64,000 nucleotides of DNA from Escherichia coli. Its GTDB lineage: Bacteria; Pseudomonadota; Gammaproteobacteria; Enterobacterales; Enterobacteriaceae. Positions 24,974-36,193 of the stretch are shown here, one piece after another. The notes under the pieces are model-generated. The model saw only the letters and a list, made by a program, of their open reading frames with translations, had not been told where the DNA came from and made no database searches. Each line of letters starts with the position of its first letter. Position 1 is the stretch's first letter. The stretch lies in NCBI RefSeq assembly GCF_003334305.1, contig NZ_QOWS01000013.1; one strand, written 5' to 3'. The translations under genes were made by a program, and so were the position numbers.

Positions 24974-27900
24974 TTACTGCGCCTGCACGCGCAACTCTGC
25001 TGCGCTACGACTACGATGACCCAGCAGTGCTTTTACATCACTGGACTTCGGTTTAACCAGCGCAAATTTAGTGGCGAAGGTTGACCAGTTCGCCAGAATC
25101 TCTTCACCGCGCTGAGAGCCAGTATGCTGAACATGCTCGGTGATAAGACCGCGCAGATGCTCTTCATGGATCGCCAGATCGTCAACGCTTAAGACCTCGA
25201 CCAGTTCCGGGTTAACGCGTTTGCGGAAATCACCGCTTTCATCGAGAACGTAAGCGAAGCCGCCGGTCATGCCCGCACCGAAGTTAACGCCGGTTTTACC
25301 CAGAATACAGACAATACCGCCCGTCATATATTCACAGCCGTTGTCGCCAATGCCTTCTACCACGGTGATAGCACCGGAGTTCCGCACGCCGAAACGTTCA
25401 CCCGCGCGGCCTGCGGCATACAGACGACCACCGGTCGCGCCATACAGGCAGGTGTTGCCGATAATACTTGCTTCATGGCTGCGGAAGGCGGAACCAACCG
25501 GAGGACGAATGGCGATTAAGCCGCCCGCCATGCCTTTACCGACATAGTCGTTGGCATCCCCGGTCAGGTACAGTTCCACGCCGCCCGCGTTCCACACACC
25601 GAAACTCTGGCCTGCGGTGCCGTTGAAGTACGCTTTGATAGGATCGGCTGCCAGCCCCTGATCGCCGTGCGTCTGGGCGATATAGCCTGAAAGCGACGCG
25701 CCGACAGAACGGTCGGTGTTGCGAATATCGAACCAGAAGGTTTTGCTCTGGCGTTCATCGACAAACGGTTTCGCCTGTTGCAGCAACTGCGCGTTCAGCA
25801 GGCCGTTATCAAACGGTGGGTTGTTTTCGGTGCAGTAGAGTGCCTTACCTGGATGCGGTTCGGCGGTCTCCAGCAGCTTCGACAGCGCCAGTTTTTGCTG
25901 TTTGGCGGTGAAACCGTCCAGTTCTTTCAGCAGGTCGGTGCGACCAATCAGATCCACCAGACGCGTTACGCCCAGCTGTGCCATCAGCTCGCGGGTTTCA
26001 CGGGCAATAAATTCAAAGTAATTGGTAACCTTGAACGGCAGGCCGTGATAGTGGTTCTTACGCAGTTTGTCATCCTGAGTTGCTACACCCGTTGCGCAGT
26101 TGTTCAGATGGCAAATACGTAGATATTTACAGCCGAGCGCCACCATCGGGCCAGTGCCGAAGCCGAAGCTTTCTGCGCCGAGAATCGCCGCTTTGATGAT
26201 ATCAACACCGGTTTTCAGGCCGCCATCGACCTGCAAACGGATCTTATGACGCAGACCATTGGCAACCAGCGCCTGCTGGGTTTCAACAAGCCCCAGCTCC
26301 CACGGGCAACCTGCGTATTTCACTGACGACAGCGGGCTTGCGCCGGTGCCACCGTCATAGCCTGCGATGGTGATTAAATCGGCATAAGCTTTTGCCACGC
26401 CAGTCGCGATGGTGCCTACGCCCGGTTCGGAAACCAGCTTCACGGAGATCATCGCTTTCGGGTTAACCTGCTTGAGGTCGAAAATGAGCTGCGCTAAGTC
26501 CTCGATAGAGTAGATATCGTGGTGCGGCGGCGGGGAGATCAGCGTCACTCCGGGCACCGAATAGCGCAGTTTGGCGATGTAAGGAGTGACTTTGTCGCCC
26601 GGCAACTGACCGCCTTCGCCCGGCTTCGCGCCCTGGGCGACTTTAATCTGAATGACGTCGGCATTGACCAGATACGCCGGAGTAACGCCGAAGCGACCAG
26701 AAGCCACCTGCTTGATGCGCGACACTTTGTTAGTGCCATAGCGCGCCGGGTCTTCGCCGCCTTCACCGGAGTTCGAGTTACCGCCGATGCTATTCATCGC
26801 TTCCGCCAGCGCCTCGTGGGCTTCCGGGCTTAACGCGCCGATAGACATCGCGGCGGTATCAAAGCGTTTAAACAGTTCGCTTGCCGGTTCAACATCAGCA
26901 ATGTTGACCGCGTTTTCACCCGGCGTAATTGCCAGCAGATCGCGCAGCGTGGTTGCCGGACGCTCATTAACCAGCTTCGCGTATTCCTGATAGTCGCTGT
27001 ACTCGCCGCTTTGTACCGCCTGTTGCAGCGTGCGCACCACGTCCGGGTTGTAAGCGTGGTATTCGCCGCCGTGGACGTATTTCAGCAGGCCGCCCTGGCT
27101 GATGGGCTTACGCGCCAGCCAGGCACGTTTCGACAGGTTCAGCAGATCCTGCTGGAAGTCTTCAAAGCTCGCCCCACCAATGCGGCTGACCGCCCCCTGG
27201 AAGCACAGGCCCACTACATCATCGTGCAGACCGACCGCTTCAAACAGTTTCGAGCAGCGGTAAGAGGCGATGGTGGAGATGCCCATTTTGGACATGATTT
27301 TGTACAAGCCTTTGTTGATGCCGTTACGGTAGTTGAGCATCACGGTACGATAATCTTTGGCAATCGCATGGGTGTCTACCAGGCGGCCCAGCGTTTCATA
27401 GGCAAGGTATGGATAAATAGCCGTCGCGCCGAAGCCCAGCAACACGGCGAAGTGGTGCGGATCGCGGGCGCTGGCGGTTTCGACGATGATGTTGGCATCG
27501 CAACGCAGGCTTTGATCGACCAGACGGGTCTGGATCGCGCCAACCGCCATCGGGGCTGGAACCGGCAGGCGATCTTTAGCGATATTCCGGTCGGAGAGCA
27601 CCAGCAGCACGGTGCCGCTACGTACCATTTTTTCGGCTTTGTCGCACAGCTCTTTGACTGTCGCTTCGAGCGTGGTTTTAGTGACGTCAAAGGTGATATC
27701 CAGCGTATCTGCGCGGTAGTGCTCCTCTTTCATCGTCGTGAGCTGTTTGAAATCGGAGTAGAGCAGAATCGGCGATTTAAAGCTTAAACGGTGCGCCTGG
27801 CCTTCTGCTTCGCAGAAGACGTTCATTTCACGACCAATGCTGGTGGCGAGCGACATAACATGCGCTTCACGCAGCGGGTCGATTGGCGGGTTAGTCACCT

Positions 27901-29434
27901 GGGCAAACTGCTGGCGGAAGTAGTCGTAAATAATGCGCGGCTGACTGGAGAGCACGGCGAATGGGGTGTCGTCGCCCATCGAACCGACCGCTTCCTGACC
28001 GTTTTCGCCCAGTACGCGAATTACGGAGTCCAGCTCTTCCGCGCTGTAGTTAAACTGTTTCTGGTAGCTGGCAAGCGTGTCGTCGTCCAGTTCGCGGCTA
28101 CCCACTTCTTCATCGGGCAGATCTTCAAACGGTACCAGTCGGCGGACGTTTTTCTCCATCCACTCTTTATATGGATGGCGGCTTTTCAGATCGTCATCGG
28201 TTTCTGCCGAGTGCAGAATACGCCCACTGCGGGTGTCGATCACCATCAGTTCGCCTGGCCCGACGCGGCCTTTTTCGACCACTTCGTCAGGCTGATAATC
28301 CCAGATACCGACTTCAGAGGCGCAGGTGATGAGCTTGTCTTTGGTAATGACGTAGCGTGCCGGACGCAGACCGTTACGGTCGAGGTTACAGGCAGCGAAG
28401 CGACCATCGGACATCACGATGCCCGCCGGGCCATCCCACGGCTCCATATGCATGGAGTTAAAGTCAAAGAAGGCACGCAGTTCCGGGTCCATATCCGGGT
28501 TGTTCTGCCAGGCGGGTGGCACTAACAGACGCATGGCGCGGATGATATCCATTCCGCCTGCCAGCAGCAGTTCCAGCATGTTATCCATCGAACTGGAGTC
28601 AGAGCCGGTTTCATTGACGAACGGTGCGGCGTCGTGCAGATCAGGGATAAGCGGCGTCTGGAATTTATAGGTACGCGCACGCGCCCATTGGCGGTTACCG
28701 GTGATGGTGTTGATTTCACCGTTATGCGCCAGGTAGCGGAACGGCTGCGCCAGCGGCCAGCGCGGTACGGTGTTAGTGGAGAAGCGCTGGTGGAACAGGC
28801 AGATGGCCGATTCCAGACGCAGGTCCGCAAGATCCAGATAAAAGCGCGGCAGATCCGCCGGCATACACAGACCTTTATAGATGTTCACCAGATTCGACAG
28901 GCTACAGACGTAGAAGTCTTTGTCGGCTTCGAGACGCTTTTCAATGCGGCGGCGGGCGATAAACAGACGGCGCTCCATATCGCGCGGACGCCAGCCTGCC
29001 GGGGCGTTCACAAAAATTTGCTCAATGCGTGGCAGAGAGGAGAGGGCGATTTCACCCAGCACGCCTTCGTTAGTGGGGACATCACGCCAGCCCACAATCG
29101 ACAAGGTTTCGCGTTGCAGTTCTTCTTCAACGATGCGGCGTGCGGCAGCGGCGAGTTCAGGATCTTTATTCAGGAATAGCATCCCGACGGCGTAGTTTTT
29201 TGCTAAACGCCAGCCGCGCTCCTGCGCAACGATGCGAAAAAAGCGATCCGGTTTTTGTAACAGCAAGCCGCAACCGTCGCCGGTTTTACCATCGGCGAGA
29301 ATCGCGCCACGGTGCTGCATGCGGGCCAGTGCGTGTATTGCAGTACGCACTACCTTGTGGCTAGGTTCGCCTTCTATGTGGGCGATCAGGCCGAAACCAC
29401 AGTTATCCCTCTCAAGGGATTTATCGTACAACAT
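24974..29434 (-). CDS. gltB: Glutamate synthase large subunit
   Basis: ORF-track ORF 24974..29542 trimmed to ATG 29434 ([16 protein letters not shown]...) preceded by GGAGG; 1486 aa; matches GltB. Confidence 0.95.
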   Translation of the reverse strand: MLYDKSLERDNCGFGLIAHIEGEPSHKVVRTAIHALARMQHRGAILADGKTGDGCGLLLQKPDRFFRIVAQERGWRLAKNYAVGMLFLNKDPELAAAARRIVEEELQRETLSIVGWRDVPTNEGVLGEIALSSLPRIEQIFVNAPAGWRPRDMERRLFIARRRIEKRLEADKDFYVCSLSNLVNIYKGLCMPADLPRFYLDLADLRLESAICLFHQRFSTNTVPRWPLAQPFRYLAHNGEINTITGNRQWARARTYKFQTPLIPDLHDAAPFVNETGSDSSSMDNMLELLLAGGMDIIRAMRLLVPPAWQNNPDMDPELRAFFDFNSMHMEPWDGPAGIVMSDGRFAACNLDRNGLRPARYVITKDKLITCASEVGIWDYQPDEVVEKGRVGPGELMVIDTRSGRILHSAETDDDLKSRHPYKEWMEKNVRRLVPFEDLPDEEVGSRELDDDTLASYQKQFNYSAEELDSVIRVLGENGQEAVGSMGDDTPFAVLSSQPRIIYDYFRQQFAQVTNPPIDPLREAHVMSLATSIGREMNVFCEAEGQAHRLSFKSPILLYSDFKQLTTMKEEHYRADTLDITFDVTKTTLEATVKELCDKAEKMVRSGTVLLVLSDRNIAKDRLPVPAPMAVGAIQTRLVDQSLRCDANIIVETASARDPHHFAVLLGFGATAIYPYLAYETLGRLVDTHAIAKDYRTVMLNYRNGINKGLYKIMSKMGISTIASYRCSKLFEAVGLHDDVVGLCFQGAVSRIGGASFEDFQQDLLNLSKRAWLARKPISQGGLLKYVHGGEYHAYNPDVVRTLQQAVQSGEYSDYQEYAKLVNERPATTLRDLLAITPGENAVNIADVEPASELFKRFDTAAMSIGALSPEAHEALAEAMNSIGGNSNSGEGGEDPARYGTNKVSRIKQVASGRFGVTPAYLVNADVIQIKVAQGAKPGEGGQLPGDKVTPYIAKLRYSVPGVTLISPPPHHDIYSIEDLAQLIFDLKQVNPKAMISVKLVSEPGVGTIATGVAKAYADLITIAGYDGGTGASPLSSVKYAGCPWELGLVETQQALVANGLRHKIRLQVDGGLKTGVDIIKAAILGAESFGFGTGPMVALGCKYLRICHLNNCATGVATQDDKLRKNHYHGLPFKVTNYFEFIARETRELMAQLGVTRLVDLIGRTDLLKELDGFTAKQQKLALSKLLETAEPHPGKALYCTENNPPFDNGLLNAQLLQQAKPFVDERQSKTFWFDIRNTDRSVGASLSGYIAQTHGDQGLAADPIKAYFNGTAGQSFGVWNAGGVELYLTGDANDYVGKGMAGGLIAIRPPVGSAFRSHEASIIGNTCLYGATGGRLYAAGRAGERFGVRNSGAITVVEGIGDNGCEYMTGGIVCILGKTGVNFGAGMTGGFAYVLDESGDFRKRVNPELVEVLSVDDLAIHEEHLRGLITEHVQHTGSQRGEEILANWSTFATKFALVKPKSSDVKALLGHRSRSAAELRVQAQ

Positions 29435-29612
29435 ATCGTGAACCTCCCCCAGGCTCTGCGGGAACCCCACTTCCGAACCGCTGCGCACGGGCACAGAAAG
29501 AGCGTGGCGACGGGGTTTGCGTGTCATACGCGCGCCTCGCATTCGCCCCCTTGTTGTCCTTTTCGCATCGGTTAATACGGTGAAGAGGGGATCTCAATTA
29601 CTGCATAAATAT

Positions 29613-29631
29613 GATGAGCAGGCTGCTCATC
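29613..29631. repeat. Perfect 19-bp palindrome GATGAGCAG-G-CTGCTCATC in the gltB upstream/leader region
   Basis: 9-bp arms are exact reverse complements; ~180 bp upstream of the gltB ATG at 29434. Confidence 0.6.
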
Positions 29632-30108
29632 CAGAAAGCTTCCAGCGGATTTCCAACTTATCGGGAAAGCTGATACAGGTCAAATGGCAAGCTTATTGGT
29701 ACAGAAATGTGCTTTAGCGCAAAATTCTTTATTAAATGACTGAAATTAAAATAGATTTTATCTTTAAGGCTAAAAGGGAAGTCGTTAGAGAAACAGTCAA
29801 TTCCTGACTGTCATAAAGGCGTGTTAACCCTTATCCTGCCTTGAACTGACGAGAAAACCAGCATTTTATACTGCCTTAATTGGTAATGACGTTTCATGCT
29901 ACTGTTTTTGCCTAAAATCCATAAGGAGATAAAAAAATCTGACACAAGATAAGCAAAAGTGATTTATGTGATTATGCATGAAATTTCGGTAATTTTGATT
30001 GATTATGCAGTTGATAAAAGCAGGCCGGGACGATTGATCCAGGTCATCGCAGAATTGAGCTAAAAATGGCAGGCTTTGGCCTCTTTTCAAGGCGCGGTCT
30101 ATCAGATT

Positions 30109-31038
30109 ATGCAGTTACAGAAATTAGTCAATATGTTTGGTGGTGATCTCACCCGTCGTTATGGGCAAAAGGTGCATAAGCTGACGCTGCACGGCGGTTT
30201 TAGCTGCCCTAACCGTGACGGTACCATCGGGCGTGGTGGCTGCACATTCTGTAATGTGGCCTCGTTTGCCGATGAAGCGCAGCAGCATCGTTCCATTGCC
30301 GAGCAACTGGCGCACCAGGCGAATTTAGTTAACCGCGCTAAACGCTATCTGGCCTACTTTCAGGCGTATACCAGCACCTTTGCGGAAGTTCAGGTGCTGC
30401 GTTCTATGTATCAGCAGGCGGTGAGCCAGGCCAATATTGTCGGTTTGTGTGTTGGTACCCGCCCGGACTGCGTGCCGGATGCGGTGCTGGATCTGCTTTG
30501 CGAATATAAGGACCAGGGTTACGAAGTGTGGCTGGAACTGGGGCTACAAACCGCCCACGACAAAACACTGCATCGCATCAACCGCGGCCATGATTTTGCC
30601 TGTTATCAGCGTACAACCCAGCTGGCACGTCAGCGCGGGCTGAAGGTGTGTTCCCACTTAATTGTCGGCCTGCCTGGCGAAGGGCAGGCTGAATGTTTGC
30701 AAACGCTGGAGCGAGTGGTTGAAACCGGCGTGGACGGCATAAAGCTGCATCCGCTGCATATTGTGAAAGGCAGCATTATGGCGAAAGCCTGGGAAGCGGG
30801 GCGTTTGAACGGTATTGAACTGGAGGATTACACGCTCACTGCCGGAGAAATGATTCGCCATACGCCACCGGAAGTGATCTACCACCGCATTTCCGCCAGC
30901 GCCCGTCGCCCGACGCTGCTTGCTCCGCTGTGGTGCGAAAATCGATGGACGGGAATGGTCGAGCTGGATCGCTATCTGAATGAACATGGCGTACAGGGAT
31001 CGGCGCTGGGACGTCCGTGGCTACCTCCAACGGAGTAG
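30109..31038 (+). CDS. yhcC: Radical SAM protein YhcC
   Basis: ORF-track ORF 30076..31038 (TTG) trimmed to ATG 30109 (MQLQKLVNMFGG...), 309 aa; Cys motif CPNRDGTIGRGGCTFC; matches YhcC. Confidence 0.9.
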   Translation: MQLQKLVNMFGGDLTRRYGQKVHKLTLHGGFSCPNRDGTIGRGGCTFCNVASFADEAQQHRSIAEQLAHQANLVNRAKRYLAYFQAYTSTFAEVQVLRSMYQQAVSQANIVGLCVGTRPDCVPDAVLDLLCEYKDQGYEVWLELGLQTAHDKTLHRINRGHDFACYQRTTQLARQRGLKVCSHLIVGLPGEGQAECLQTLERVVETGVDGIKLHPLHIVKGSIMAKAWEAGRLNGIELEDYTLTAGEMIRHTPPEVIYHRISASARRPTLLAPLWCENRWTGMVELDRYLNEHGVQGSALGRPWLPPTE

Positions 31039-31133
31039 GTCGTTGAGGGGAATTCCGCATTTCTCACACAATTTATAACGTAACTGTCAGAATTGGGTAT
31101 TATTGGGGCAGGTTGTCGTGAAGGAATTCCCTA

Positions 31134-33470
31134 ATGAAGCAAATTCGTCTGCTGGCGCAGTATTATGTTGACCTGATGATGAAGTTAGGTCTGGTGCGCT
31201 TCTCAATGTTGCTGGCGCTGGCCCTCGTCGTTCTTGCCATTGTGGTACAAATGGCGGTAACCATGGTGCTGCATGGTCAGGTCGAAAGCATTGATGTTAT
31301 TCGTTCTATCTTCTTTGGTTTGCTGATTACGCCGTGGGCGGTCTACTTTCTATCGGTGGTCGTCGAGCAACTGGAGGAGTCACGACAACGTCTGTCACGG
31401 CTGGTGCAAAAACTGGAGGAGATGCGCGAGCGCGATTTGAGCCTCAACGTTCAGTTAAAAGATAATATTGCCCAGCTAAATCAGGAAATTGCCGTTCGTG
31501 AAAAAGCGGAAGCAGAACTGCAGGAAACCTTCGGCCAACTGAAAATTGAAATCAAAGAGCGCGAAGAGACACAAATTCAGCTCGAGCAGCAATCCTCATT
31601 CTTACGTTCCTTCCTTGATGCTTCACCCGACCTGGTTTTTTATCGTAACGAAGATAAAGAGTTTTCCGGCTGTAACCGCGCGATGGAGCTGCTGACCGGA
31701 AAAAGCGAAAAACAACTGGTTCACCTGAAACCTGCTGATGTTTACTCACCGGAAGCCGCCGCAAAAGTCATTGAAACCGATGAAAAAGTGTTCCGTCATA
31801 ATGTGTCACTGACCTATGAACAGTGGCTGGATTACCCGGACGGGCGCAAAGCCTGCTTTGAAATCCGTAAAGTGCCGTACTACGACCGCGTGGGTAAACG
31901 TCACGGTTTGATGGGCTTTGGTCGCGACATTACCGAGCGTAAGCGGTATCAGGATGCGCTTGAACGGGCCAGCCGCGACAAAACGACGTTTATTTCCACC
32001 ATCAGTCACGAATTGCGTACACCGCTGAACGGTATCGTCGGCCTGAGCCGTATTCTGCTGGATACCGAACTCACCGCCGAGCAGGAAAAATATCTCAAAA
32101 CTATCCATGTTTCGGCCGTCACGCTGGGGAATATCTTCAACGATATTATCGACATGGATAAGATGGAACGGCGCAAGGTCCAGCTTGATAATCAACCGGT
32201 TGATTTCACCAGCTTCCTTGCCGATCTGGAAAATCTCTCCGCATTGCAGGCGCAACAAAAAGGATTGCGCTTTAACCTGGAGCCGACGCTGCCATTACCG
32301 CATCAGGTCATTACCGACGGGACGCGTTTACGGCAGATCCTGTGGAACCTCATCAGTAACGCCGTCAAATTCACCCAGCAAGGCCAGGTTACCGTGCGTG
32401 TGCGCTACGATGAAGGCGATATGCTGCATTTTGAAGTGGAAGACTCTGGTATCGGCATTCCGCAGGATGAGCTGGATAAAATTTTCGCCATGTATTACCA
32501 GGTGAAAGACAGTCATGGCGGTAAACCTGCCACCGGCACCGGTATTGGTCTGGCCGTTTCTCGTCGTCTGGCGAAAAATATGGGCGGCGATATTACGGTT
32601 ACCAGCGAACAGGGCAAAGGTTCAACCTTTACGTTGACGATCCACGCACCGTCGGTAGCAGAAGAGGTCGATGATGCGTTTGATGAAGACGATATGCCTT
32701 TACCGGCGCTGAATGTGCTGCTGGTGGAAGACATTGAACTGAACGTGATTGTTGCGCGTTCTGTGCTGGAAAAATTAGGTAACAGCGTTGATGTCGCCAT
32801 GACCGGCAAGGCGGCGCTGGAGATGTTTAAACCGGGCGAATACGACCTGGTGTTGCTGGATATTCAGTTGCCAGATATGACCGGGCTGGATATCTCTCGT
32901 GAACTGACGAAGCGTTATCCGCGCGAGGATTTACCGCCGCTGGTGGCCTTAACCGCTAACGTGCTGAAAGACAAACAAGAGTACCTCAATGCTGGAATGG
33001 ATGATGTGCTGAGTAAGCCGCTTTCGGTTCCGGCGCTAACCGCGATGATCAAGAAATTCTGGGATACCCAGGATGATGAGGAGAGTACGGTGACGACAGA
33101 AGAGAACAGTAAATCAGAAGCATTGCTCGATATTCCCATGCTGGAACAGTATCTCGAACTTGTAGGACCGAAGCTGATCACCGACGGGTTAGCGGTGTTT
33201 GAGAAGATGATGCCGGGCTATGTCAGCGTGCTGGAGTCGAATCTGACGGCGCAGGATAAAAAAGGCATTGTAGAGGAAGGACATAAAATTAAAGGTGCGG
33301 CGGGGTCAGTGGGGTTACGCCATCTGCAACAGCTGGGTCAGCAAATTCAGTCTCCGGACCTTCCTGCCTGGGAAGATAACGTCGGTGAATGGATTGAAGA
33401 GATGAAAGAAGAGTGGCGTCACGACGTAGAAGTGCTGAAAGCGTGGGTGGCAAAAGCCACTAAAAAATGA
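31134..33470 (+). CDS. arcB: Aerobic respiration control sensor kinase ArcB
   Basis: 778-aa ORF with two TM segments, PAS, HisKA (ISHELRTPLN), receiver and HPt domains; matches ArcB. Confidence 0.96.
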   Translation: MKQIRLLAQYYVDLMMKLGLVRFSMLLALALVVLAIVVQMAVTMVLHGQVESIDVIRSIFFGLLITPWAVYFLSVVVEQLEESRQRLSRLVQKLEEMRERDLSLNVQLKDNIAQLNQEIAVREKAEAELQETFGQLKIEIKEREETQIQLEQQSSFLRSFLDASPDLVFYRNEDKEFSGCNRAMELLTGKSEKQLVHLKPADVYSPEAAAKVIETDEKVFRHNVSLTYEQWLDYPDGRKACFEIRKVPYYDRVGKRHGLMGFGRDITERKRYQDALERASRDKTTFISTISHELRTPLNGIVGLSRILLDTELTAEQEKYLKTIHVSAVTLGNIFNDIIDMDKMERRKVQLDNQPVDFTSFLADLENLSALQAQQKGLRFNLEPTLPLPHQVITDGTRLRQILWNLISNAVKFTQQGQVTVRVRYDEGDMLHFEVEDSGIGIPQDELDKIFAMYYQVKDSHGGKPATGTGIGLAVSRRLAKNMGGDITVTSEQGKGSTFTLTIHAPSVAEEVDDAFDEDDMPLPALNVLLVEDIELNVIVARSVLEKLGNSVDVAMTGKAALEMFKPGEYDLVLLDIQLPDMTGLDISRELTKRYPREDLPPLVALTANVLKDKQEYLNAGMDDVLSKPLSVPALTAMIKKFWDTQDDEESTVTTEENSKSEALLDIPMLEQYLELVGPKLITDGLAVFEKMMPGYVSVLESNLTAQDKKGIVEEGHKIKGAAGSVGLRHLQQLGQQIQSPDLPAWEDNVGEWIEEMKEEWRHDVEVLKAWVAKATKK

Positions 33471-33582
33471 CCCCGGCTAGACCGGGGTGCGCGAATACTG
33501 CGCCAACACCAGGGAAATCTTGGCTGCGCCGTAAATTATTATGATGAGTTACAAGGGCACAGCACTGTTTTTCAGGCCGCAC
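33462..33582 (-). ncRNA. arcZ: ArcZ small RNA (RyhA/SraH)
   Basis: Minus-strand sequence GTGCGGCCTGAAAAACAGTGCTGTGCCC...GGCGCAGTATTCGCGCACCCCGGTCTAGCCGGGGTCATTTTTT matches ArcZ as I recall it, including the terminator hairpin and T-tract; its 3' end overlaps the arcB stop codon. Confidence 0.8.
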
Positions 33583-33699
33583 GCAGTTAAGATAGCAAAA
33601 CTTAAATGATTTGTTACATGAATCAGTTAAATGTGTGATGCGTACCATTTTTATTAAAAAAATTAATGTGTTTCAGTCAATTGCGAAAGGATGATCACA

Positions 33700-34353
33700 A
33701 TGAAGAAAATTGGCGTAATTCTGAGCGGATGCGGCGTCTATGACGGTTCTGAAATTCATGAAGCGGTGTTGACGTTGTTAGCTATTTCACGCAGCGGTGC
33801 GCAGGCGGTCTGCTTTGCACCGGATAAGCAGCAGGTTGATGTTATCAACCATTTAACTGGCGAAGCGATGACGGAAACGCGCAACGTGCTGATTGAAGCG
33901 GCACGAATAACGCGCGGTGAAATCCGTCCTCTGGCCCAGGCCGATGCCGCTGAACTGGATGCGTTGATTGTGCCGGGGGGGTTTGGCGCGGCGAAGAATT
34001 TAAGCAATTTTGCCACTCTTGGTAGCGAATGCACCGTTGACCGTGAATTAAAGGCGCTGGCACAAGCGATGCATCAGGCCGGAAAACCGCTTGGTTTTAT
34101 GTGTATTGCCCCGGCGATGCTGCCGAAAATTTTCGATTTCCCGCTGCGTTTGACCATCGGTACTGATATCGATACCGCAGAAGTGCTGGAAGAGATGGGC
34201 GCGGAGCATGTGCCCTGTCCTGTCGATGATATCGTGGTTGATGAAGACAATAAGATTGTCACCACCCCAGCATATATGCTGGCGCAGAACATTGCAGAAG
34301 CGGCGAGCGGCATTGATAAGCTGGTTTCCCGCGTGCTGGTTCTGGCTGAATGA
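33700..34353 (+). CDS. elbB: Glyoxalase ElbB (DJ-1/PfpI family)
   Basis: ORF-track ORF 33691..34353 trimmed to ATG 33700 ([13 protein letters not shown]...), 217 aa; matches ElbB. Confidence 0.9.
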   Translation: MKKIGVILSGCGVYDGSEIHEAVLTLLAISRSGAQAVCFAPDKQQVDVINHLTGEAMTETRNVLIEAARITRGEIRPLAQADAAELDALIVPGGFGAAKNLSNFATLGSECTVDRELKALAQAMHQAGKPLGFMCIAPAMLPKIFDFPLRLTIGTDIDTAEVLEEMGAEHVPCPVDDIVVDEDNKIVTTPAYMLAQNIAEAASGIDKLVSRVLVLAE

Positions 34354-35078
34354 GTAAAAGCCGCTTAACGGTGTTTAGTTTCGTTCGCCGTTTTCTTTTG
34401 CGGTTAATGGTTGTCCTCGCCGTTTTCTGGGGCGGGGGCATCGCGTTGTTTAGTGTTGCGCCTGTTCCCTTCTCAGCGGTAATGGTCGAGCGACAGGTCA
34501 GCGCCTGGCTGCATGGCAATTTTCGTTACGTGGCACATTCTGACTGGGTCAGTATGGATCAAATCTCGCCGTGGATGGGACTGGCGGTGATTGCCGCAGA
34601 AGATCAGAAATTTCCTGAGCACTGGGGCTTTGATGTCGCTTCCATTGAGAAAGCCCTGGCGCACAACGAGCGCAATGAAAACCGTATTCGCGGTGCTTCA
34701 ACGATTTCTCAGCAGACGGCCAAAAATCTCTTTTTATGGGATGGGCGTAGCTGGGTACGAAAAGGGCTGGAAGCTGGATTAACGCTGGGGATAGAAACAG
34801 TCTGGAGCAAAAAGCGTATCCTGACGGTTTACCTGAATATCGCCGAATTTGGCGACGGTGTGTTTGGCGTCGAAGCTGCGGCACAACGTTATTTCCACAA
34901 ACCCGCGAGCAAACTTACCCGGTCGGAAGCTGCATTACTGGCAGCTGTATTACCTAATCCACTTCGTTTCAAAGTCTCCTCGCCATCGGGCTACGTGCGT
35001 AGCCGTCAGGCGTGGATTTTACGGCAGATGTATCAGTTAGGCGGTGAGCCGTTTATGCAACAACACCAGCTGGATTAA
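34350..35078 (+). CDS. mtgA: Monofunctional peptidoglycan glycosyltransferase
   Basis: 242-aa ORF with N-terminal TM segment and transglycosylase motifs ([12 protein letters not shown]); overlaps elbB stop by 4 bp; matches MtgA. Confidence 0.94.
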   Translation: MSKSRLTVFSFVRRFLLRLMVVLAVFWGGGIALFSVAPVPFSAVMVERQVSAWLHGNFRYVAHSDWVSMDQISPWMGLAVIAAEDQKFPEHWGFDVASIEKALAHNERNENRIRGASTISQQTAKNLFLWDGRSWVRKGLEAGLTLGIETVWSKKRILTVYLNIAEFGDGVFGVEAAAQRYFHKPASKLTRSEAALLAAVLPNPLRFKVSSPSGYVRSRQAWILRQMYQLGGEPFMQQHQLD

Positions 35079-35707
35079 GCTTCGCGCGAAGTGAGGGCCA
35101 GCGTTTTGCTCTCACGAGGTTGCAGATCTTTCTGCAGGGCAATAGCCAGCGCCGGTTGGGCGATAAATCGTTTCCATAACCGCTCTTGCTTACGCAGACA
35201 ACACCACTTCGACCAGGTCGCCAGTGGAATCAATGTACTTTCACCAATGTTGTCACAGACGACCGGGATAACCTCTGACTCACTGATGCGGTGACAGAGG
35301 ATATTCTGCGGCTTCAGCGACATCGTCACGATACGGTTATCCTGCAAATAACGCTTCAGCTGTTTCAGTAGCTGGCGCAGTTGTGCAATGTCTTCTTCGT
35401 AACGGCATTGTTCAGCAAATTCGGTCAGCGTAATGGAGGGTTTGCCGTCAAAATCTGCAATCACATCGTAGACATAACCGGTTCCGCAATCCGTCTCAAC
35501 GGTACCGTGATAGCGCGGTATTCCACTCCAGTCTTTTAACCGGCGACCAAGATGCGCGTAGTACTTTAACTCACGGCGGATCTCTTTATCGCCACCATCG
35601 CCACGATGGTAGACAATCTTGATACAGCGTTGGGCATCTTCCGGATGCGCATAACATTTCCGATGTCTTCCGGTGCCCAGGGGACTTTGTTCAGATAAGC
35701 GAATCAT
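35075..35707 (-). CDS. yrbL: Uncharacterized protein YrbL (PhoP-regulated)
   Basis: ORF-track ORF 35075..35764 trimmed to ATG 35707 ([24 protein letters not shown]...), 210 aa; matches YrbL. Confidence 0.88.
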   Translation of the reverse strand: MIRLSEQSPLGTGRHRKCYAHPEDAQRCIKIVYHRGDGGDKEIRRELKYYAHLGRRLKDWSGIPRYHGTVETDCGTGYVYDVIADFDGKPSITLTEFAEQCRYEEDIAQLRQLLKQLKRYLQDNRIVTMSLKPQNILCHRISESEVIPVVCDNIGESTLIPLATWSKWCCLRKQERLWKRFIAQPALAIALQKDLQPRESKTLALTSREA

Positions 35708-35757
35708 GCCATCTCCTGGAAATATTTTCTGACGATCTCCAGTATGGTCGATTAACT

Positions 35758-35774
35758 TAAACAAAACCTAAACA
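35758..35774 (-). promoter_or_regulatory. PhoP box (direct repeat TGTTTA-N5-TGTTTA) upstream of yrbL
   Basis: Minus-strand TGTTTAGGTTTTGTTTA lies 51-67 bp upstream of the yrbL ATG; yrbL is a known PhoPQ-activated gene. Confidence 0.6.
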
Positions 35775-35920
35775 ATGCCTCTTAAGGTTTTCTTAAGGTT
35801 CTTCTGAAAGTGAAAAGCGCACAAAATGTACAAATGACGTTGATTGAGAACGATTTCAGTACGTGATTTTCTTATTGTCGGGGGGAGTTTGAAGGGAGTT
35901 GTATGTCAAAGTGATGAAGA

Positions 35921-36193
35921 TTAATCTTCATCAAAACCAGAGTTAAAGAGGGCGATAACGGCGGCCAGTGCTTCCTCTTCCTGTGGGCCGGTCGCTTCAA
36001 CTTCAATCTGCCGTCCTTTGGCAGAATCCAACATCAGCAGCGCAATAACGCTGTTGGCTTCGGCCTCGGTGCCTTCGTCATTACGTAACAGCACTTCAGC
36101 GTCAAAACCCTGCATTAATTCAAACAGCTTCATTGCAGGCCGGGCATGCATGCCCAGCTTGTTTGTGATTTCAACAGTTTGCTTGACGGTCAT
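35921..36193 (-). CDS. npr: Nitrogen-PTS phosphocarrier protein NPr
   Basis: 90-aa HPr-like ORF (…[10 protein letters not shown]…); matches NPr/PtsO. Confidence 0.94.

Noticed and set aside
27011-28525. Long ORFs on the plus strand (258 aa at 27011..27787, 244 aa at 27791..28525, 181 aa at 28634..29179) inside gltB
   Set aside because: They lie antisense to a well-supported 1486-aa gene in GC-rich sequence, have no ribosome-binding sites and low-complexity Arg/Ala/Gly-rich translations; typical antisense shadow ORFs.
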